This document shows positions 23,011 to 32,052 of a stretch of DNA of 49,783 nucleotides, piece after piece. The stretch covers positions 34,054-83,836 of the forward strand of contig NW_008246075.1 in the NCBI RefSeq assembly GCF_000281045.1, read 5' to 3'. The notes under the pieces are model-generated. The model worked only from the letters and a program-made list of their open reading frames with translations. It was not told where the DNA came from and did no database searches. Both the position numbers and the translations under genes were made by a program. Source of the DNA: Saprolegnia diclina VS20 (lineage: Eukaryota). How positions within the stretch are numbered: the stretch's first letter is position 1; each line of letters begins with the position of its first letter.

Positions 23011-23673
23011 ATGGCTGTCACCCTGGAGCTGGCGACGGCGGCTGACGCCGACGCACTCGCCGCTGTCCACGCGGCCGCCTTTGCGCACGAGCCCGTGACG
23101 CTGCTCAAGTCACTCAGCCCTGCGTACAACCACTACGACCAGATGCTGCCAGCGATCCAGTACTGGCTGCGCACGCCGGACGCGACACCAATCATCAAGG
23201 CCGTCGATGCCGAGACCAAGTCGCTGCTGGGCTGGGTGTGCTGGCGCCTCTCGGCCACTGCATCAATCGACGGCGCCATTCCCGAGCCAACGTCGCAAGA
23301 TTACCCGCAGACGCCCGACGGTCTCGGGCAGTTTACGAGCGCGCACATGAGCTACTGGCAGCGGTCGCTTGCGCCGACGCTGCTGCCGTCGCCGCACCGG
23401 ATCCTCATTTCAATCACGATTGCGCCGGCGCATCAACGCGCGGGCGTCGGCAGCGCGCTTCTCGCATGGGGTCTTCGAGACAATCTCCCGATCTGGGTGC
23501 ACGCAAGCGAAGTGGGCAACCCGTTCTTTGCCAAACACGGCTTTACCGAGCGGGCGCGCGTGACGTTGCATCTCGACGACTGGGCGCAAGGCGCCTCGCC
23601 GCCCAGCACGCTCAGTACATGGGGCACGACCACGTTTCGCTACATGGTCTACGAGCCGTCGTCGGCCCAGTAA
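23011..23673 (+). CDS. GNAT-family N-acetyltransferase
   Basis: Intronless 220-aa ORF. Acetyl-CoA motif A (ITIAPAHQRAGVGSALLAWG) and C-terminal AS..GNPFFAKHGF. Confidence 0.85.
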   Translation: MAVTLELATAADADALAAVHAAAFAHEPVTLLKSLSPAYNHYDQMLPAIQYWLRTPDATPIIKAVDAETKSLLGWVCWRLSATASIDGAIPEPTSQDYPQTPDGLGQFTSAHMSYWQRSLAPTLLPSPHRILISITIAPAHQRAGVGSALLAWGLRDNLPIWVHASEVGNPFFAKHGFTERARVTLHLDDWAQGASPPSTLSTWGTTTFRYMVYEPSSAQ

Positions 23674-24639
23674 AAGGGACCGGTACAGCAAGCTTGCACC
23701 GATCATTTTGTGTCGTCATGCCTGCTTGAGCGTACTAACTGTTAAAAGGCCAACCGTACTAGTATGCACAGCATCGTTGTTCTTGTCTTGCAGATCATCG
23801 ACAGCGTAGCGACGGCGACGGACCGTGGCCGAGTCGGTGTCGTGAACGACGATGGGACGACCGGTCGCTGCACTGATCGCGGCAGCACGACTACCGCAAG
23901 CGATCTGAGGACGAGCAACGGAGGTGTGGTTGTTGCCGCCTGTCTACCGCATCGGCAATGTTCCGTGAGGAACACGCGCGAACAGGTCTGCACGGATCGC
24001 GTTGGAATTTGCGTATGCGCCGCTTGTGGTGGGCCAGGCCCAGCGATAGCGCTGATGTGGCCGCGTGGACCTTCTGCTCGGTGCCCTTGTGACGACGACG
24101 TTGAGACCTTTGCTGGCAAGGCGGCGATGATGCAGCGTCATCATCGGTCGCCAAAGTGAAATGCTCGTCAAAGGGCGGAGGGCAGGGACCACGCATCGCC
24201 GCCATGTTGGTGTTGAGTGTCATTAGGATGTCTCTAGCAACAACGCACTATGTTTGACAGGAGACGAAGCAGCCTTCCCAAGAGCGACGGCGACACCGCC
24301 GGCCCAGGTGAAGCGACGAGCGGAGCCAGCGTGCACTAGTCCCGGTATTGCTGCTGTACACCGCTGACAACGTCTCAGGACTAGCCTTTCTCGTACTGAT
24401 AACGTTAACCATCGAGTCGAGTAGATCGCAGTCGCTAGTAGCCCTAATCCTACTAGACCCGAGGGCGACAGCTGGCGGGCCGGCCCTTCGAAACTATTTG
24501 CGTTCGTAATCCCAAAGATTTCAATGGTTTCGACCAATCACCGCGCGCGTAGCTCGTATCCGGCGTCCGGATACAAGAAGCAGTGCAACGTCGACGCCAT
24601 TTTTGCAACGTCGCCGACGGCTAGCAGCAGCAGAGCACC

Positions 24640-26450
24640 ATGGCCCTCAAGCCCTTTGGTAGACGCATGCTCGGAGCGGTCCTCTCATGGCATGGGCGTA
24701 GGCAAGATGGAAGAGTACACGGGCAGCGTTCCGTGGGCCATCTTCCCGCGCAAGCGCCTCGACATTACGTACGCGGACATTGTCTCGGGCATCTCGAGCT
24801 GCTTCTACCTGCGCGACAGCCAGCGCGCGTCGCTCACGAACAACGTCGAGATGCTCTGGGATCCGTCGGGCCATGGGCTCGTCTGCCTCTCCGTGCGGTA
24901 CGCTGCCGCCATCGCGCGAGATGCTGGCTCATTGTGCTGCTATGTTGTAGCACTGGCTTTGACCTCTTTCTGCAGACAATGAACTACCCGAAGGGCAGCG
25001 AGATCATTTGCTCGTCGATTACGATTCCCGACATGATCAAGGTCCTTCACCACCACGGCCTCGTCGCTGTGCCCATCGACTTGGACGACAAGACGCTTGC
25101 GATGCAGACCGAGACGCTGGCCGCCGCCGTCACCGACGTACGACATGCCAATACTCAACGAGTGTCTCATCTTTCCGTCGATAGAAAACCAAAGCCATCT
25201 TGGTCGCGCACATCTTTGGCACGCTCACGAACCTCGACCCGGTCGTCGAGTTTGCCGACGCACACAAGCTCCTCGTGATCGAGGTCTCTCACACCATATC
25301 CCATGCATTCCACGCAACTTGTGGGCATAGGACTGCGCGCAAGCCTACTGCGGCCCGTCGTACAAGGGCCACCCGAAGGCTGACGTGTCCATGTTCAGCT
25401 TTGGCACGATCAAGACGTCGACGGCGTTTGGCGGCGCCATGTTCCGCGTCCTCAACAACGACATTCTCGACGGCATGAAGCGCCGCAACAACCGCTACGA
25501 GCCACGCTCGCGCATGTTCTTTCTCCAGCGCCTCGTCAAGTACAGTGCGCTCCATGGCATGACGTCGCCGCCGCTCTTTGGTCTCTTCCTCAAGGCCTGT
25601 CGCCAACTCGGCTGTACGTTGTCCCTTGTTTTCCTATGATTTTCGCGTGATTTTCAGGTAATTTCCCGATTTTTCTCATGCATGTGTGATTGTAGACAAC
25701 CACGATGAAGTCATTACGTCGCAGATCCGCGGCTTTAGCGGCGGCGACCTCATCACGCTCCTGCGCCAGCGCCCGTCGATGCCGCTCCTCGGGCTCCTCC
25801 ACCGCAAGCTCTCGACGTACGACCACGCCTACGTCCTCGAACGCAAGTACGTTGGCAATGACGAGACCGTATATCGCATAACCTTCGGGCAGGGCCAAGA
25901 GTGAGCTCCTCGAGCGCCTCATCAAGGACGTCCCGCAAGCGTCGGTGCGTACTGAAGCATCGCGCCTGCTTATCATCCATGGAGACACGGCATATGAACC
26001 ATACTCGTAGGTCCCCGGCAACCTCGCACGCAACCACTACTACTGGCTCTTCCCTGTTGTGTGCCCCGAGCCGAAGCGCGTCGCCGCCCTCATGATCCAA
26101 GACGTACGTCAATGTTGCGTGTATCTAGTTGCTCATGGTGCCGGATAGGGGTTTGATGTGACGTCGGGCGCGACGCAGCTCGCCTTTGTGCCGCAGTACG
26201 CCGACGTGTTATGACGGATCGCCGGTTCTCATAAGTTGTGTGCGATTAGCCCCACGAACGCAGCGTTTGACCCGGTCAACGCCAAGGCCATCATGCAAAA
26301 GTAGGTTTCGCACATCGTCGGCAAGAGCTCACGGGTTGGCGTAGCCTCGTGTACTTGCCCGTGACGGCCGAGATGCCCAACTGGGCCGTCGAGAAGATGG
26401 CCAAGTCCTTTGCCAAGGCTGTCGGCGCCGTCTCGCGCGCCAAGCTCTAG
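24640..26450 (+). CDS. DegT/DnrJ/EryC1/StrS-family PLP-dependent aminotransferase-like protein
   Basis: The spliced product has LVAVPIDLD, KTKAILVAHIFG, LLVIE|DCAQA (PLP Asp), FSFGTIKTS (PLP Lys) and LVYLPV. Many short introns. Ends in AKL-stop. Confidence 0.85.
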
Positions 26451-26866
26451 ACGCACCCATGAGACGCACCAAAATTCACCGAGTGAACGGTTGAACACGA
26501 TGTACATGCCTGCACTACGATTATGTTGTATTCCTTGAACTATGATGGACAATATTTGTCCAACATCTTCGCGTACGCCCTTGGCGATCAGCACGGTGAC
26601 GTAGCGTCTCTCGCAGCGCCGTGGACCTCGAAATGATGTCCTTCTGGGAGTGAGATAAATGATATAGTTGCGCTACTAGATCTGGACCACGAGTGCGTGC
26701 ATTGTCAGATCTGGTTTGCAGTCGTTCGCGGCGAATTGTGAATCATTCGTGGTCTCTTGACGTCACACCGAGTCGGTCGATCAGCTGCAAGGATCTGCTG
26801 GATGGTACTTTGTCGTAGAGTTCATTTTCTTTGTTTAGTACATTGGCTAATTACTTATTTCTACTG

Positions 26867-27860
26867 CTACAATAGGCTCAACTTGCGAGCTCTGGCCATC
26901 AAACCGCGCAGCAAAGTCTCTTCGAACTCGAGCGCCACGTCCCGTCGCCCCGAAGGGCATGGTACGAGGACCAAGTACGGCTCGGGCGCCATCGGCTGCC
27001 CCATCTCGATCGCGGTGATGGCGCGGACCAGCGTATCGATCGCTGCAACACGCTCATCTGGTGTCCAGAGCAGCGGCGGCGCGTGCAGGAAGTTGCTCGT
27101 CCGAAGAACACGGTGGAGGGTCGGCGCTTGGTGAAGAATGGCTTGCTGTAAAATCGCCATCGACGACTTAGTTTCGGAGCTCTGCGCGTTGGTGTCACCT
27201 TGGATGGCGGCTGAATCAGCCACAGGCGTAGGCACTGGTGCAGTCGGAATGCTGATCGTGTCGAGGGTCGTTCGGGTCTCGGGTTGAGCGGCTTGTTGCA
27301 GGCGTGCAATGGTCGCGTGTTGCTCGTCAATGGTCCGGTGCGCCGCTGGCGATCTCGAGTGGCGTTGCCGCCTTCGGGGCAGATGCCTCGAAGCGATCTG
27401 ATGCTGACATTGTCGCTGCGGGTGTCGCTGCGGGTGTCTTCTTGCGGGCAGCGACAGCAGGCTTGGTTGTCGTAGTCGTGGGACGGACCACGGCTGTCTT
27501 CTTGGGCTGCGGCTTGGAGCTCGGCACCGCGACGCGCGCTTTCTTGGCCTTGCGGCGCTGCTCGGTGGCGTAGAGAGCAGGGTACGTCTCGCGAAAGAGC
27601 TGCTCCTCGCGCGCGCGGCGCTTGGCCTCCTTGTCTTGGATGTACTGGCTGTTGTAGAGCATGGTGTTCTCGATACTGACGCGATGCAGGACTTCCTTGC
27701 GCTCGTTGTAAAATCGAGTTGCAGGTTTTTCCCATGCAAACCTGGCTTTTACCTCACAGCCTTTACAGTCCGATACGCCCAGGCCCATGCTTTTTGCGCT
27801 ATGAAAGCTCGGACCCTTACCACCATCGAACGGCAATATTGTAAGCTTTGACCTGGCCAT
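26867..27860 (-). CDS. Hypothetical protein (K/R-rich N-terminal half, helical C-terminal half); exon structure unresolved
   Basis: Two overlapping coding-like frames (RFYNERKEVLHRVSIENTMLYNSQYIQDKEAKRR... and IDEQHATIARLQQ...WTPDERVAAIDTLVRAI). I found no clean splice junction near 27330-27410. Confidence 0.45.
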
Positions 27861-28166
27861 GGCATTTTGGGCAACGCTCAAGCTCGAGGACCGTGCAAGA
27901 TACGCTGTAACGAGAGGCTGCCACGTCATGAAACCGTCTGATTGCCAAACAACCTGCATCGCCATAAGCTTAGCTTTCGCAGACACTAGACATGTATGCT
28001 TCAAGAGTACTAGGTCTGGTCTGTACTACAAATGTATTATCATATCTCCCGAGAGATTACTCTCCACCGTCAAGGCACCGAGCGTCTCTAGCCGTTTAAA
28101 ATGGACAGGGTGTACATTCCGTAGTTGTTATGCATGCAGTGGATAGGGTCGACGATGATTAGCTGT

Positions 28167-29375
28167 TTACGACGCCGGCGCGGGGGCTGCGACCGTGTCC
28201 TTGACAACGAGGAGCTCGCCTGTCGCGACGCTGCGCAGGCCAATGCTAATCGTGTTGAGATCCACCTTGCGCGCCTCGGCCCACGCCTCGAGATTGCGGG
28301 GCGCATACATCATGGCCTTGTCTTGGTAGCGCTCGAAGACGCTCGCATCGATCGTCTCGTTGAGCGAGTGGGTGCTGCCGAGCGTCCTGATGTGTTTTTG
28401 CCCCAATTGCACGAGCATGAACGGCCAGCTCATCGAGTCAAAGATCTGCTCCGAGTGGCGGTGGTGTTCTTCGCCGTCGAGAATCACATCCGACTCGTGC
28501 CGAAACGCGAGCCCAGCGTCTTCGGCGCAGTCGCGGATCCACTTGAGCGGTAGCCGGTGAAGCTCGTCGAACGGGATACTGCCACCGACGTTGCAGTGCG
28601 ACCCGACAAACCAGCGCTGCTCGGTCCACTCGTAGCCCATGAGCGTCGCCTCCCGCGACTCGTTGTTGATGTCATCGGGGTCGACCTCGCAGTGCTCGAC
28701 CTGGAACGACTTGCGGAACTCGTCGAGCGCCATCGCATGGCACACACGGCGCACGAGCTTGCCGTTCGCGCCGTCCTTGTGCAAAAACTCGTGGCGCTCG
28801 GCCGAGACGACGTCAAAGAGCCCGACAAACGAGATGTTGACCTCCTTGCAGTGCTTGCGCACCCACGCACCTTCGGCATCGGCGGCGGCGCCGGTCGCGA
28901 GCTGGTGCAAGCTCGCGGCGGCCCGCGGGTGGTCCTCGGGGAGACTGCAGCGCTCGAACCGGTCCCAGAGCTGCGTCACATGCAGTGGGCTGTTTGGTAG
29001 CATGAGGCCCACCGACCCGAGCATGCCGAGGAGCGCGCGGACTTCCCACGCGCCGCGCGAGAAACCAAAGAGGAAGATCTCGTCGCCGTCGTTGTAGTGC
29101 TCGACAAGCCAGAGGTACGCGTTGCGGATGATGTCGGTCATCCCGTACGTGAAGAAGCCGCCAATGATGCGTTCGCCGGCGCCGGTGCCAAGGCCCACAA
29201 AGTACTTGCGGATCTGGTGCACGTGGCCAAAGCTTGCGTCGGCCATTTGCATGTAGAGGTTCCACACGTTGGTCTGGGACGTTTTTTCATTCCATGTGCC
29301 GTCGAGGAAGAGCCCGATCTTCTTGGGGACGTGCTTGACTTGCGGGCGGCGCGGACTGGCAGGTGGCGACTGCAT
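28167..29375 (-). CDS. DUF2235 / Tle1-like alpha/beta hydrolase, copy A
   Basis: FLDGTWN, TNVW, GDEIFLFGFSRG (nucleophile Ser), GLFDVV, HAMALDEFR and WFVGSHCNVGG. Intronless. Confidence 0.92.
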   Translation of the reverse strand: MQSPPASPRRPQVKHVPKKIGLFLDGTWNEKTSQTNVWNLYMQMADASFGHVHQIRKYFVGLGTGAGERIIGGFFTYGMTDIIRNAYLWLVEHYNDGDEIFLFGFSRGAWEVRALLGMLGSVGLMLPNSPLHVTQLWDRFERCSLPEDHPRAAASLHQLATGAAADAEGAWVRKHCKEVNISFVGLFDVVSAERHEFLHKDGANGKLVRRVCHAMALDEFRKSFQVEHCEVDPDDINNESREATLMGYEWTEQRWFVGSHCNVGGSIPFDELHRLPLKWIRDCAEDAGLAFRHESDVILDGEEHHRHSEQIFDSMSWPFMLVQLGQKHIRTLGSTHSLNETIDASVFERYQDKAMMYAPRNLEAWAEARKVDLNTISIGLRSVATGELLVVKDTVAAPAPAS

Positions 29376-30378
29376 GTCGGTGCAAACTCGAAAATTGGCG
29401 ACTGAGCGAGAAGCGAGGGGTTGGTGAGGATTGAAAAAGCATCTTATCTCTGCATGCAATGGCGAACGTGCTGCACCGTTTGTTCTTCCTCAGACCGATT
29501 ACTAGGCCAGGCTCTGTTGCGCCATTCTCCTGCCAAATCACTGTAGGAATACCAGTTGTATGTGGATATCTTGCACGAGTACCGGTACGGTTCACCTTTG
29601 CCCAAGCGTCTTTACGAGGCAGCGTAGTCTGCTCATGTGACGACCAATTGGCCAGTGGTACATCTTCAAGGCCCTTGGTGACCTCCACGACTGCGTGCAT
29701 TGCGTCTTGTGACAGCGCTGTGACCATCACGAGAGAAGGACTCTGCTCCCATTCTCTATCAGTCAGTCGATTTTTGCAAAGAGGGGCAGTGGCGCCGTTA
29801 CAAAACACCGTACTACAACGTGTAAGCGCAATCAAACACTTCCTTGTAGTCGCCTCGTACGACAAAGATGACATGGCGAGATGCTACAGTACGAAAATGG
29901 ATGGCTGGCGACCGGCGCTGATAGGGCCGTAATACCGGCTGAAACGTTTCGATACAAGTCATATGGGCGGAGAACGGACGGTCGAGAGCCGCGCTAGCAA
30001 GATCCGCTGGCTAATTGCCGTGGTTGAAGTCCTATGGTTGCCTCGTCCGCGCTGGTAAAGACTATATAATTCGATTCGAGTCGCAACGAGCCATGTCAAA
30101 GATACCTCCGATAGTACGTATCGCGCCGCCAAATTTTCGATTTCCACCTCGTCGCCGCCGTCTCCGCCGCAACCTGTCCTCCTCCGCCACTTCCGCCATC
30201 ATTGCTATCTCTACTACACAGTACATGAATCAATTTGGTTCTAAATTTCTGGCCTGTATCTGCCTCCGACACTACGATGACGACAGCGGCGGAGAAGCAG
30301 CCATCCTCGCTAGGTTTGTATCGGGCCAGATCAATTCCGCTTTCGCCTCGAGCTGCGTACGCGTGCTTCTTCCATATC

Positions 30379-31596
30379 ATGTCGATGCGTCTTGCCACAT
30401 CGCCGCGCAAGGCGGCAGCCGTCAAGCCGATCCAGAAACGCATTGGCATCTTCCTCGACGGCACGTGGAACCAGAAGCAGACGCAGACCAACGTCTGGCG
30501 TCTCTACATGCAAATGGCCGACGGGACCTTTGGGCACGTGCACCAGATCCGCAAGTACTTTGTCGGCGTCGGCAACAAGTTTGGTCACTGGATCACTGGC
30601 GGCGCGTTTGCAGTCGGGATGACCGACATCATCCGCAACGCCTACATGTGGCTCGTCGAGCACTACAACGATGGCGACGAGATCTTCCTCTTTGGTTTCT
30701 CGCGCGGCGGGTACGAAGTCCGCGCGCTCCTCGGCATGCTCGGGTCCGTCGGCTTGATGAAGCCCAACAGCCCCATGCACATTGACCAGCTATGGCAGCG
30801 CTACGAGCGCACGCTCGACACGCACGACGTCGAGGCGCTGAGTTTGCACCAGCTCAAGAAGCTCGCTGATGTAACGAATCTGGACGCTGAGAGCAAGTGG
30901 ATGCTCCAGTACTGCAAGGAAGTCAACATCAAGTTTGTCGGCGTCTTTGACGTCGTCGCGGCCGATTGGGGTAAAGTCCAGAAGGACGGCCAGAACGGCC
31001 AGCTCATCGAGCACATGTGCCACGCGCTCGCGATCGACGAACACCGCTCGTCGTTTCGTGCGTCGGTCTGGGAAGACCTCGACGACGACGACAACAACGA
31101 CGGCCGACGCGCGATCGACGCCGGATACGACTGGCTCGAGCAGCGCTGGTTTGTGGGCGCCCACAGCAACGTCGGGGGCGGCATCACCAACGACGAGCTG
31201 AGCCACTTGCCGCTCAAGTGGATCCGCGACCGTGCACACGACTATGGCCTCGACTTCCGCCGCGACTCGGACATTGAGCTCGATGGGGAAGAAGTGGTGC
31301 GGCACGCGGCGCAGATCGACCCGTCCATGACGCTCATGTACCAGATCATGCAGCTGGGTCAGCGCTTCTTTCGCCCTATCGGGTCGTCCAAGACGCTCAA
31401 CGAGACCATTGACCCGAGTGTGCTCCAGCGATTGCAGGACCCGACGATGGAGTATGCGCCCAAGAACCTCCTCGACTGGGCCGAGGGCCTCAAGATCGAT
31501 TTGATGGCAATGTCGCCGGCACTGCTCAGCGTCAAGTCTGGTGAGGTACTCAAGGTCGCCGACGACACCAAGACCCCGGCCGCTACGTCCAGCTAA
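30379..31596 (+). CDS. DUF2235 / Tle1-like alpha/beta hydrolase, copy B
   Basis: FLDGTWN, GDEIFLFGFSRG, GVFDVV, HALAIDEHR and WFVGAHSNVGG. Intronless paralog of copy A. Confidence 0.92.
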   Translation: MSMRLATSPRKAAAVKPIQKRIGIFLDGTWNQKQTQTNVWRLYMQMADGTFGHVHQIRKYFVGVGNKFGHWITGGAFAVGMTDIIRNAYMWLVEHYNDGDEIFLFGFSRGGYEVRALLGMLGSVGLMKPNSPMHIDQLWQRYERTLDTHDVEALSLHQLKKLADVTNLDAESKWMLQYCKEVNIKFVGVFDVVAADWGKVQKDGQNGQLIEHMCHALAIDEHRSSFRASVWEDLDDDDNNDGRRAIDAGYDWLEQRWFVGAHSNVGGGITNDELSHLPLKWIRDRAHDYGLDFRRDSDIELDGEEVVRHAAQIDPSMTLMYQIMQLGQRFFRPIGSSKTLNETIDPSVLQRLQDPTMEYAPKNLLDWAEGLKIDLMAMSPALLSVKSGEVLKVADDTKTPAATSS

Positions 31597-31817
31597 GCGT
31601 CGACAAGACAGACGTACCTGGGACAATAGCATTGCAACCCGGGATCTTCTGCGTTTTGGAATAAGAAATTATATATAAGGAGCCTGCCCAACGTAGCAGT
31701 ATTCAAGTTGCACCGCGGTGGCTGCTTGGGAAGGGAAGTGTCTTGAGCGGCTTGCTGATGGCACGTCGCGACCTCAGATGTACGGCTCGTGCTTCAAGTG
31801 ACTGTCAAGGAAGAATC

Positions 31818-31892
31818 GATACCTCGATACCTTGATACCTTGATAACAAAGTAGAAAACCGATTGGGCGAGGCGAATGGGTATCGAGGTATC
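31818..31892. repeat. 8-bp tandem repeat (GATACCTY x3.5) plus a 14-bp inverted copy
   Basis: GATACCTC GATACCTT GATACCTT GATA at 31818-31845. GGTATCGAGGTATC at 31879-31892 is the exact reverse complement of 31818-31831. Confidence 0.8.
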
Positions 31893-32052
31893 AGCTACAC
31901 ACCATCCGAGGGTTCGGTATACTTACTCTCTTGAGCTCGTCCATTGCCCTGACACGTTTGTGATACTCCAAGACGGAGAACCGTTTATGCATTGGTGATG
32001 TATATAAATGATGGTAATAAAAAAGCCTAGCAACTAGTATTGTGGGTTGCGC

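Noticed and set aside
23742..24540. ORFs of 100-130 aa and a local excess of CTAG words between the GNAT and the aminotransferase
   Set aside because: No motifs, no host codon bias, and no hairpin plus terminal structure to support a Helitron.
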